Part shown: positions 28,083-36,363 of the stretch, piece after piece
Layout: every line of letters starts with the position of its first letter
How positions within the stretch are numbered: the first letter of the stretch is position 1
The notes under the pieces: model-generated
What the model saw: the letters and a program-made list of their open reading frames with translations, nothing else
Told to the model about the DNA's origin: nothing
The model's database searches: none
Made by a program: the position numbers and the translations under genes
Origin: an uncultured Bacilli bacterium
Lineage (GTDB): Bacteria; Bacillota_I; Bacilli_A; RF39; UBA660
Length of the DNA stretch: 62,482 bases
Direction: 5' to 3'
NCBI GenBank assembly: GCA_934130045.1
Contig: CAKOXI010000005.1
Location: 1-62,482 of the forward strand

Positions 28083-28859
28083 ATGAAAATAAAGAAAATT
28101 AAAAAGTTATCAAATGGTAAATATAACTTATTAATGGATGATAATTCTAAAATTATTGCTTATGACGAAGTTATTATAAATAATAATTTATTATATAATA
28201 ATGAAATTGATAGTGATTTATTAAATAAAATTAATAATGAAAATTCTTTTTATAAAATCTATAATAAAGTTATTAAACTAATCAATATTAGGTTAAGGAG
28301 TGAGCATGAAATTATAGATTATTTAAATAATAATATTATTAATGAAAATGATCAAAAAAAGATAATTGATTTATTAAAATTAAACAATTTAATAAATGAT
28401 AATTTATTCGTAAAATCATATATTTATGATAAGATAAATTTAAGTAATTATGGTCCTAATAAAATAAAAAGAGATTTATTAAATTATAATATTGATGATT
28501 CTATTATTAATAGTGAAATAGAAAATATAGATAAAAATTTAATAATTAATAAAATTGATAAATTAGTAAATAAAAAAATAAATTCAAATAATAAATATTC
28601 AAATTATATTTTAAAACAAAAATTAATAATTTATTTAATTGATTTAGGTTTTGATAAAGATGATATTGTTTTAGTCTTAAATAACTATGATTTTTATGAT
28701 GATGATCTTATATATAAGAACTATGATAAGTTATATAAAAAGTTATCACAAAAATATAGTGATAAGGTTTTATATCAAAAAATAAAGGAAAAATTATATA
28801 GAATGGGTTTTTCTTTATCTCAAATTGATAAAGTTATAAATGAAAAAATGGATTTTTAA
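28083..28859 (+). CDS. recX: RecX-like regulatory protein
   Basis: Repeated three-helix modules (YGPNKIKRDLLNYNIDDSII, ILKQKLIIYLIDLGFDKDDI, KIKEKLYRMGFSLSQI) typical of RecX. ATG at 28083 preferred over the TTG at 28029. Confidence 0.55.
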   Translation: MKIKKIKKLSNGKYNLLMDDNSKIIAYDEVIINNNLLYNNEIDSDLLNKINNENSFYKIYNKVIKLINIRLRSEHEIIDYLNNNIINENDQKKIIDLLKLNNLINDNLFVKSYIYDKINLSNYGPNKIKRDLLNYNIDDSIINSEIENIDKNLIINKIDKLVNKKINSNNKYSNYILKQKLIIYLIDLGFDKDDIVLVLNNYDFYDDDLIYKNYDKLYKKLSQKYSDKVLYQKIKEKLYRMGFSLSQIDKVINEKMDF

Positions 28860-28868
28860 ATCCATTTT
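28845..28868. terminator. Bidirectional terminator hairpin between convergent genes
   Basis: AAAATGGATTT / AAATCCATTTT inverted repeat spanning the stop of the recX-like gene and the stop of prsA. Confidence 0.55.
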
Positions 28869-29826
28869 ATTTTGCTTTATTGATTGTATTTTCATATACA
28901 GTTTTAATATCACTATCAATAATATTTAAACCATGTTCTTTTCTTATTTCATCCCAAGCAGTGGTACTCAATTTTTCATCAGATTTTAATTTGTTTGTAG
29001 TTAATGTTTCTAAGATATCATCTTTAGTATCTTCTAGGGAAGGTCTTTCTTTTTGACTAACTCTCAAAATAATGTGATATCCAAATTGACTTTTTACTGG
29101 TTCACTTGTATATTCTCCATCTTTTAAATTTGATGATGCATCCCAGAATTCTTGAACAACTCCAGTTTTAGTAAAGTCTTTAATTAATCCGCCTTCACTT
29201 GCAGTTCCAGTATCATCTGAATTTTCCTTTGCTAATGTTTCAAAATCAGCACCATTATTTAATTGATTAATTAAATCTTTTGCTTTATTTAGGGCTTCTT
29301 CTTCTTTTTTAGATTTTTCTTCATCAGACATATCAGTAGTTGTTTCTGGTTTAATCAAAATATGTCTTGCTGTAATTTCTCCAAAAATATTTTCATTATA
29401 ATAGTCTTCAACTTCTTTATCTTCTATTTTTGATTTAATATAATTTTCTAATGTTTTATCTTTCTTATATTGAACAATAATTTCTTCTTTTAATTGATCT
29501 TCTGATGTATAACCTGCATCTTTCATAGCTTGATCAAAATCCATTTGATATAATTTGTATTGTGCTTTTAAATTTTCTAATTCAGTCTCTGCATATTCTT
29601 TAGCGGCATCATCAGTTTCAATTTCTTCAGCAATCTTTTTATCTATTGCGTTAACTAAAAATGATGCTCCATAAGTACTTTTCATATCCTTATATAATTC
29701 ATCTGCTGTAAATTTTGCGCCATCAATTTCTGCTACTACTTCTTCGCCATTTTCTAGTTTTGGTATTTTTCCACACCCAGTTAATAACAAACCACATGCT
29801 AAAGTTATTAACAATTTCTTTTTCAT
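28867..29826 (-). CDS. prsA: Foldase lipoprotein PrsA (parvulin-type peptidyl-prolyl isomerase)
   Basis: Lipobox LLTGC. Parvulin core ITARHILIK...FGYHIILRV. Confidence 0.88.
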   Translation of the reverse strand: MKKKLLITLACGLLLTGCGKIPKLENGEEVVAEIDGAKFTADELYKDMKSTYGASFLVNAIDKKIAEEIETDDAAKEYAETELENLKAQYKLYQMDFDQAMKDAGYTSEDQLKEEIIVQYKKDKTLENYIKSKIEDKEVEDYYNENIFGEITARHILIKPETTTDMSDEEKSKKEEEALNKAKDLINQLNNGADFETLAKENSDDTGTASEGGLIKDFTKTGVVQEFWDASSNLKDGEYTSEPVKSQFGYHIILRVSQKERPSLEDTKDDILETLTTNKLKSDEKLSTTAWDEIRKEHGLNIIDSDIKTVYENTINKAK

Positions 29827-29921
29827 AAAATCATCCTTTCATTATATAACTTATATTCCAAAGTGTACATGTATATGATAGCAAAAAAAAATAAAAAAAA
29901 CAATATTATAGATAAGTATTC

Positions 29922-29948
29922 ACATAATTTTCAAAATTCCATAGAATA
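29922..29948 (+). promoter_or_regulatory. Candidate sigma-K-type sporulation promoter
   Basis: AC (29922-29923), 16-nt spacer, CATAGAATA (29940-29948), matching the AC-N16/17-CATAnnnTA pattern. About 30 nt upstream of the micro-peptide gene. Confidence 0.25.
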
Positions 29949-29978
29949 TATCGAAAAGACAAAAAGGAGGAATGAACT

Positions 29979-30062
29979 ATGTGTAATACAGGTGTTTCTG
30001 GAGCTGCTATTGTTTTAGTACTATTTATACTATTAATAATTATACTTGGGGCTTATATTTAA
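29979..30062 (+). CDS. YjcZ-family-like sporulation micro-peptide (27 aa, single TM)
   Basis: MCNTGVSGAAIVLVLFILLIIILGAYI resembles the tiny-TM YjcZ family (G-rich start, then VLFILLII..GA). AGGAGG RBS 9 nt upstream. Not in the ORF track because it is too short. Confidence 0.55.
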   Translation: MCNTGVSGAAIVLVLFILLIIILGAYI

Positions 30063-30090
30063 GCCTATTAAATAATAGGGGGTGATATAA

Positions 30091-30222
30091 GTGTCATGTC
30101 AAAATTCTAGTAAAAGTAATTGCCAAAATAATTCTACCAATTCTATTTCTAATTACTGGATTATAATTATCCTATATATATTGCTTGCTATTGTAATTGG
30201 TTCTGTAATTAATTGGTATTAA
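30091..30222 (+). CDS. Small membrane peptide (43 aa)
   Basis: GTG start with AGGGGGTGA RBS. Polar N/S/Q/C-rich head, then one TM (YWIIIILYILLAIVIGSVI). Followed directly by a terminator. Confidence 0.4.
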   Translation: MSCQNSSKSNCQNNSTNSISNYWIIIILYILLAIVIGSVINWY

Positions 30223-30250
30223 AAAGGGTTTATCCCTTTTTTTCTTTTTT
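30221..30250 (+). terminator. Intrinsic terminator
   Basis: AAAAGGG (30222-30228) / CCCTTTT (30234-30240) stem followed by a long T-rich run. Confidence 0.65.
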
Positions 30251-30288
30251 TACATATATAATTTTTTTAGATAAATATATATGTAAAA
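30248..30288. repeat. 13-bp perfect inverted repeat upstream of the mraZ promoter
   Basis: TTTTACATATATA (30248-30260) and TATATATGTAAAA (30276-30288), separated by 15 nt. Confidence 0.5.
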
Positions 30289-30312
30289 TAAAGTATATAT
30301 TTGTTTTTTCTA

Positions 30313-30341
30313 TTTACAAAATATCATTAATGGAGTAAAAT
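30313..30341 (+). promoter_or_regulatory. Sigma-A-type promoter of the dcw operon (Pmra)
   Basis: TTTACA (30313-30318), 17-nt spacer, TAAAAT (30336-30341). Confidence 0.55.
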
Positions 30342-30381
30342 AATGGTGTATAGTGGTTGAAAGTGGCGAATAGTGGGTGAT
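30342..30381 (+). promoter_or_regulatory. Candidate MraZ operator: four 10-bp-phased direct repeats
   Basis: aaTGGtgtat / agTGGttgaa / agTGGcgaat / agTGGgtgat, with TGG at 30344, 30354, 30364 and 30374. Lies between the -10 box and the mraZ ATG. Confidence 0.6.
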
Positions 30382-30385
30382 TTAT

Positions 30386-30820
30386 ATGTTGATGGGTGAG
30401 TATCATCATATTATCGATGAAAAAGGTAGACTTACAATTCCATCTAAAATTAGATATGAATTAGGAGATGGATTTGTAATTACAAGAGGTTTAGATAATT
30501 GTTTATCTATTTATCCTAAAGTTGAATGGAATTCAATTATTGAAAAGTATAAGCTATTACCTCAAACCAAAGATGTTAGAAATTTTATGAGAATTTTTTT
30601 ATCAGGTGCAACTGTCTTAGAATTTGATAAACAAGGAAGAATAAATATACCATCTACACTTATAGAGTTTGCTAATTTAACCAAGGAATGTATAATTATT
30701 GGCGTTAATAATCGTATAGAGATTTGGAGTCAAGATAATTGGAATAATTTTATTAAAGTTAATGAAGATAATTTTTCAGATATAGCTGATAACTTATTTA
30801 GTTCTAATATTAATTTATAA
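30386..30820 (+). CDS. mraZ: Transcriptional regulator MraZ
   Basis: MLMGEYHHIIDEKGRLTIPSK and a second SpoVT/AbrB-like repeat (DKQGRINIPS). First gene of the dcw cluster. Confidence 0.93.
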   Translation: MLMGEYHHIIDEKGRLTIPSKIRYELGDGFVITRGLDNCLSIYPKVEWNSIIEKYKLLPQTKDVRNFMRIFLSGATVLEFDKQGRINIPSTLIEFANLTKECIIIGVNNRIEIWSQDNWNNFIKVNEDNFSDIADNLFSSNINL

Positions 30821-30830
30821 GAGGTGTAAT

Positions 30831-31754
30831 ATGCATAAAAGTGTTTTACTAGAGAGTTGTTTAGAATATTTAAATTTAGGTGAAAATAGTATTATTGTTG
30901 ATTGTACCTTAGGATATGCTGGGCATAGTAGTAGAATACTTGAAAAAATAACTAATGGTTTTTTATATTGTTTTGATCAAGACAATGAAGCCATTAATTA
31001 TAGCCAAAATAAATTAGCTAAAATAGCTTCTAATTATGAAATTATAGAAAGTAATTTTGTTAATTTAGAATGTGAATTAAAAAAAAGAGGTATTGATAGT
31101 GTTGATGGTATTTTATTTGATTTAGGAGTTTCATCTCCTCAATTAGATGAAGACTACCGTGGATTTAGTTTTCATAAAGATGCACCACTTGATATGAGAA
31201 TGAATACTAAACAAGATTTGTCAGCTTATTATGTTGTTAATAACTATTCTAGTGAAGAATTAATTAAAATTTTTAGAGATTATGGAGAAGAAAAATATGC
31301 TTCTAGTATTGCTCATAAAATAGTTGATTATAGAAAAAATAAGCCAGTTGAAACAACTTTAGAGCTAGTTGAAATAATAAAGTCTTCTGTTCCAGAAAAA
31401 TATAAACGTGAAAAGCATCCAGCTAGGAAAGTATTTCAAGCAATTAGAATAGAAGTAAATCATGAACTAGATGTCTTTGACTCAGCTTTAAGACAAGCAT
31501 TAGAACTAGTTAATGTTGGTGGAAGGGTTTGTGTTATAACATTTCATTCTCTAGAAGATAGAATTTGTAAAAATATTTTTAAAGAATACAGTACAGTTGA
31601 TAAAAATATTAGTAAATTACCAATTATACCAGATGATCTTGAGCCTAAATTTAAAGTGGTTGCTACAATTTCTCCAGATTTAAAGGAATTAGAAGAAAAT
31701 AATCGTAGTAGAAGTGCTAAATTACGAGTTATAGAAAGAGTAAAGAAGGGTTAA
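30831..31754 (+). CDS. rsmH: 16S rRNA (cytosine1402-N4)-methyltransferase RsmH
   Basis: HKSVLL...DCTLGYAGHS...FDLGVSSPQLD...FHSLEDR motifs. Confidence 0.93.
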   Translation: MHKSVLLESCLEYLNLGENSIIVDCTLGYAGHSSRILEKITNGFLYCFDQDNEAINYSQNKLAKIASNYEIIESNFVNLECELKKRGIDSVDGILFDLGVSSPQLDEDYRGFSFHKDAPLDMRMNTKQDLSAYYVVNNYSSEELIKIFRDYGEEKYASSIAHKIVDYRKNKPVETTLELVEIIKSSVPEKYKREKHPARKVFQAIRIEVNHELDVFDSALRQALELVNVGGRVCVITFHSLEDRICKNIFKEYSTVDKNISKLPIIPDDLEPKFKVVATISPDLKELEENNRSRSAKLRVIERVKKG

Positions 31755-31755
31755 T

Positions 31756-32052
31756 ATGAAGAAAAAAAAGATAAGAAAAATGAAATTTAGTAAAGGTGAA
31801 AAGTTGTTGTATTCTGTGTCTTTTTTGTGCCTAATTACTACTATGGTTTTAAAAATATTTTGTGGTGCTAGTATTGGACATTTGAGTATGAGTGTTGAAA
31901 AATTAAAATATAATATTTCAGAACAAGAAAAGAAAATAGAAAGTTTAAATATGCAAGTTAATGAACTTACTTCTTTTACTGAAGTTCAAGATGTTGTAAA
32001 AAACATGGGATTGTCTTATAATAATCAAAATGTAATCATTATTAATGAGTAA
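31756..32052 (+). CDS. ftsL: Cell division protein FtsL
   Basis: 98 aa. Basic N-terminus, one TM, coiled-coil segment. Conserved position between rsmH and the PBP gene. Confidence 0.7.
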   Translation: MKKKKIRKMKFSKGEKLLYSVSFLCLITTMVLKIFCGASIGHLSMSVEKLKYNISEQEKKIESLNMQVNELTSFTEVQDVVKNMGLSYNNQNVIIINE

Positions 32053-32064
32053 TGGAGGAATTAT

Positions 32065-34269
32065 ATGAAAGCAGATAATAATATTAACAAAAATTGGAAA
32101 TTTCCTAAAAAAGTTTTTATTTGCTTTCTTTTTTTTATGTTTATTCTTTTTTTACAATTATGTTATTTATCATTATCACCTGTTATATATGGAATTAATA
32201 TGAAGGAATTTTCTGCAAATCGTAACACTGTTACTAATGTTTTGAAATCAAACCGTGGAACAATTTATGATGTTGATGGAAATGTTTTGGCTTCTAATAT
32301 AACATCTTATACAGTAATTGCGTATGTTAATCCTAGTATTACTGGTAATTCTAAAATACAAAAGCATGTTACAGATGTAATTAATACAAGTGAGAAATTA
32401 GCGCCTATTTTAAATATGGAAGTTGATACAATAAAAAATTTACTAAATGACGCAATTAATAAAGGTTCTTGGCAAGTTGAATTAGGACCAGGTGGAAGAA
32501 ATATAACTGAACTTAAAAAAGAAGAAATTGAATCATTAGGATTGCCGGGAATTGATTTTGTTGAATCAACAAAAAGGTATTATCCAAATGGAGATTTTGC
32601 TTCATATATCATAGGTTATGTTAGACAATATGAAGAACCAGTTATGGAAAATGGTATTCAAAAATTACAGAAAAATTTAGTTGGTGAAATGGGAATTGAG
32701 GCTAAATATAATGAAGAATTAAGTGGTACTGATGGAAGTCGTACCTATCAAAGAGATCAATCAGGTTATAAAATTCCTGATACTAAAGAAGTATTAGTTG
32801 ACGCTATTGATGGTAATGATATTTATTTAACTATTGATTCTAATATTCAACGTTTTATTGAAGCTTCTCTAAAAGATGTTACTGAAAAATATAATCCTGA
32901 ATGGATGACACTTACTGTTATGGATGCTAAAACAGGAGATATTTTAGGTACTTCAGCATCACCATCATTTGATCCTAATATAAAAAATATTTCAAATTAT
33001 GAAAATCCTTTAATTTCTACTACTTTTGAACCTGGTTCAACTATGAAAATATATACATATATGTGTGCTATGGAAACTGGCAATTACAATGGTAGTGATT
33101 TATATCAGTCTGGAAGTATTCAATTTACTGATGATAAGGTAAGTGATTGGAATCGTTATGGTTGGGGTAAAATAACTTATGATAAAGGATTTGAATATTC
33201 AAGTAACGTGGCTGTATCAACTTTGGTTCAAACTATTTTAGATAAACAAAAGTTAAGAAGTTGTTTAGAAAATTATGGCTTTGGTGAAAAAACAGGTATT
33301 GAATTATCTAATGAAGCTAGTGGAAATATTTCGACATTTAATTATCCAATCGAAGTTGCAAATGCATCGTTTGGACAAGGAATTACTATAACTGCAATTC
33401 AACAGTTACAAGCACTAACCTTGATATCTAACAATGGCGTTATGTTAAAACCACATATTGTAAAAAAAATAGTAGATAGTAAAACAAAAGAAGTTATTTA
33501 TGAAAATACAATTAATGAAAGTGAAAAAATAGTAAGTGATGAAACCATAACGAAAATTAAAGATTTAATGTATAATGTTGTAAATAGTGATGATCCTATT
33601 GCTACTGGTAAAAAATATAAAATTGATGGACTTGATGTGATTGGAAAAACTGGTACTGCTGAAATCTATGATACATCCTTAGGAAGATATTTAGATGGTG
33701 AAAATGATTATATTTTCTCTTTTGCAGGAATGTATCCAAAAAATGATCCACAAATTATAATATATGCTACTATGAAAAAGCCAACAAATGGTGCAAGTGC
33801 GGGATTAGTTGAAGCAACTAAATCTGTAATAGAAAGTGTTGCTAAATTTAAGAATATTTATAATGATAAAAGTAATATAGAAATCGTTGATACATATGTA
33901 ATGGATAATTATGAAAATAAATATGTAAAAGATGTAGAAGAAAATTTAAATAATTTAAAGTTAAATGTTGTTTTGATAGGTAATGGCGATAAAATAATTA
34001 ACCAATATCCAAGTGCTTCAACAAATTTATTGAGTGGAGATAAAATATTTTTACTTACTAATGGTAATGAGAAAAAAATGCCAAATATGACTAATTGGTC
34101 AAAAAAAGATGTAATTGAATTTTTTGAATTAGCAAAAATCAAATATAATATTGATGGCAATGGATATGTTTATGAACAATCTATTAAGGAAAATGAAATT
34201 TTAACAAATGACCTAGAAGTTAATATAAAACTAAAGGACAGATTTTTGGAGAAAGAAAACGCAGAATGA
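32065..34269 (+). CDS. Class B penicillin-binding protein (PBP2B/FtsI-type) with two C-terminal PASTA domains
   Basis: SxxK (GSTMKIY), SxN (YSSNV), KTG (GKTGTAE); N-terminal TM plus dimerisation domain. Confidence 0.9.
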   Translation: MKADNNINKNWKFPKKVFICFLFFMFILFLQLCYLSLSPVIYGINMKEFSANRNTVTNVLKSNRGTIYDVDGNVLASNITSYTVIAYVNPSITGNSKIQKHVTDVINTSEKLAPILNMEVDTIKNLLNDAINKGSWQVELGPGGRNITELKKEEIESLGLPGIDFVESTKRYYPNGDFASYIIGYVRQYEEPVMENGIQKLQKNLVGEMGIEAKYNEELSGTDGSRTYQRDQSGYKIPDTKEVLVDAIDGNDIYLTIDSNIQRFIEASLKDVTEKYNPEWMTLTVMDAKTGDILGTSASPSFDPNIKNISNYENPLISTTFEPGSTMKIYTYMCAMETGNYNGSDLYQSGSIQFTDDKVSDWNRYGWGKITYDKGFEYSSNVAVSTLVQTILDKQKLRSCLENYGFGEKTGIELSNEASGNISTFNYPIEVANASFGQGITITAIQQLQALTLISNNGVMLKPHIVKKIVDSKTKEVIYENTINESEKIVSDETITKIKDLMYNVVNSDDPIATGKKYKIDGLDVIGKTGTAEIYDTSLGRYLDGENDYIFSFAGMYPKNDPQIIIYATMKKPTNGASAGLVEATKSVIESVAKFKNIYNDKSNIEIVDTYVMDNYENKYVKDVEENLNNLKLNVVLIGNGDKIINQYPSASTNLLSGDKIFLLTNGNEKKMPNMTNWSKKDVIEFFELAKIKYNIDGNGYVYEQSIKENEILTNDLEVNIKLKDRFLEKENAE

Positions 34270-34340
34270 TGTTTTCTTTTCAGTTTAAATAATAAATATT
34301 ATGATATAATTAATTTAGGAAATTATGAAGAGGTGAAAAA

Positions 34341-35384
34341 ATGGCTAATGTAGTAAGTGAGAAATGTCCAGCTTGTCTTGCTCCGCTTAAGTTTGATACT
34401 AAAAGTGATTCATTCAAGTGTGAATATTGTGGAAATGTTTATAGTTTGTTAGATTTAGAAGAATATAAAAAAAATAATAAAAAGCTTGAATTAGAAAAAA
34501 TGTCTGATATGGATGGTTATAGGTGTTCAAGTTGTGGTGCAGAAATTATAACACTAGATAATACAGCATCAACTTCCTGTGTTTATTGTAAGAATACCGC
34601 CATTATAAAGGAACGTTTAACTGGTTTATATGCTCCTAGTAAAATAATTACTTTTAAATTTTCACGTGATGATGCGATTGAAGCATTTAAAAAGAAATGT
34701 AAGGGAAGATTATTAATTCCTAAACAATTTAGTGATGTTAATAATATTCAAGATATGGAAGGATTATATGTACCATTTTGGTTATTTGATTGTTCAAATG
34801 ATACAAAATTAGAAGCAAATTGTACTAAAGTTACTTCTTGGTCAGATATTAGATATCATTATACTAAAACGGATACATATTTAGTTTCAAGAAGTGGTAT
34901 TTTAAATTTTGAGCAAATTCCTAATGATGGATCAAGTAGATTTGATGACAAAATAATGAGTGCAATAGAACCTTTTGATTATTCTGAATTTAAAGATTTT
35001 AATATGTCATATTTATCAGGCTTTATTTCTGAAAAATATGATGTTGATAATGAAAAAGCTTTTTTAGTTACGACTGAAAGAATAAAAAATGACTCTAAAA
35101 AATATTTACTTGATAGTATAAATTCATATACAACAAAAACAGTAAAACAAAATAGTAATTCTATTGAACTAAAAAATACTAGTTATGCTCTATTACCTGT
35201 TTGGGTATTAAATATTAAGTTTAAGGATAAAATTTATCATTTTGCTTATAACGGTCAAACTGGAAAAATGGTTGGAGAAATACCAGTTGATTTAAAAAAA
35301 TTTTTAATATCAATAATAATTAATTTATTAATACCTATTTTTGTATTGTTAGTTATTTTTAGTATTTTAGGATATAGGTGGTAA
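34341..35384 (+). CDS. Double zinc-ribbon protein with C-terminal TM anchor (function unknown)
   Basis: CPACLAP...CEYCG and CSSCGAE...CVYCKN ribbons. Conserved-looking YVPFWLFD and LLPVWVLN...YNGQTGKMVGEIP. Terminal TM helix. Confidence 0.5.
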   Translation: MANVVSEKCPACLAPLKFDTKSDSFKCEYCGNVYSLLDLEEYKKNNKKLELEKMSDMDGYRCSSCGAEIITLDNTASTSCVYCKNTAIIKERLTGLYAPSKIITFKFSRDDAIEAFKKKCKGRLLIPKQFSDVNNIQDMEGLYVPFWLFDCSNDTKLEANCTKVTSWSDIRYHYTKTDTYLVSRSGILNFEQIPNDGSSRFDDKIMSAIEPFDYSEFKDFNMSYLSGFISEKYDVDNEKAFLVTTERIKNDSKKYLLDSINSYTTKTVKQNSNSIELKNTSYALLPVWVLNIKFKDKIYHFAYNGQTGKMVGEIPVDLKKFLISIIINLLIPIFVLLVIFSILGYRW

Positions 35385-35386
35385 TT

Positions 35387-36289
35387 ATGAAAAAGCAAAA
35401 TATCATTTTAACATTAATTTTAACTTTTTGCCTGTTTTATATTCCAGGTGTTTTAGCAAGTTCTACATATGAAAGAACAGAATCTGATTATAGAGTACCT
35501 AGTGATATAGTTGTTAATAGTTCTAATAAAAGTGCTGTACTTAAAACTCCCTCAGTTGATGAAACACAAAAAATATATGATTTTGCTAATTTATTAACTG
35601 AAAGTGAAAAACAAAGCTTATTTAATGAAGTAACAGATTTTATTTCAAAAACAAATTATGATCTTGTAATAGTAACGATTGACTATAATAATAAAAATAG
35701 TGCTCAAAAATATGCTGATGATTTCTTTGATTATAATTATTTTGGTAAGAATAGTAGTAGAGATGGGCTTTTAATTCTAATTGACATGGATAATAGAGAA
35801 ATATATATATCAACAAGTGGTTACGCAATTAAAACTTATAGTGATTCAAGAATTCAATCTATAATAGATGAAGGTTTTTCTGATTTAAAAAATACTAATT
35901 ATTATGAATGTTTATCTAAAATGATTGATAAATCTTATTCATATTTTAAGAAAGGATTTCCATCTAGTAATAATAATATCATTATAAATAATGATGGTAG
36001 TGTAACAGTTATTAAAAAAATGCCATATTTAATGATTGCCATAATTTCAATTACTTTTTGTGTTATTATGTCTAGTATCTTATATTTTAAAACATCTTCA
36101 AAAATAAAAAAAGAAAATACTGTTACATACATTAATCCTAATTTATCTAATATCATAAAAAATGATCAATTTTTAACTACTCATACTACTAAAATAAGAA
36201 GAGAATCTTCTAGTAGTAGTGGTGGAGGAAGTAGTCATCACTCTAGTAGTAGTGGTAGAAGTCATGGTGGGGGCGGAAGACATTTTTAA
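35387..36289 (+). CDS. TPM-domain (YgcG-like) membrane protein with Gly/Ser/His-rich tail
   Basis: Signal/TM, TPM core (IYDFANLLTESEKQSL...YDLVIVTI...RDGLLILIDMDNREIYISTSGY), TM, tail SSSSGGGSSHHSSSSGRSHGGGGRHF. Confidence 0.75.
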   Translation: MKKQNIILTLILTFCLFYIPGVLASSTYERTESDYRVPSDIVVNSSNKSAVLKTPSVDETQKIYDFANLLTESEKQSLFNEVTDFISKTNYDLVIVTIDYNNKNSAQKYADDFFDYNYFGKNSSRDGLLILIDMDNREIYISTSGYAIKTYSDSRIQSIIDEGFSDLKNTNYYECLSKMIDKSYSYFKKGFPSSNNNIIINNDGSVTVIKKMPYLMIAIISITFCVIMSSILYFKTSSKIKKENTVTYINPNLSNIIKNDQFLTTHTTKIRRESSSSSGGGSSHHSSSSGRSHGGGGRHF

Positions 36290-36363
36290 ATGTCTTTTTT
36301 TGCTTGTGTTATAAAAAATTTTATATTATAATATTAACTAATTTAAGGAATGAGTGAATTTTA

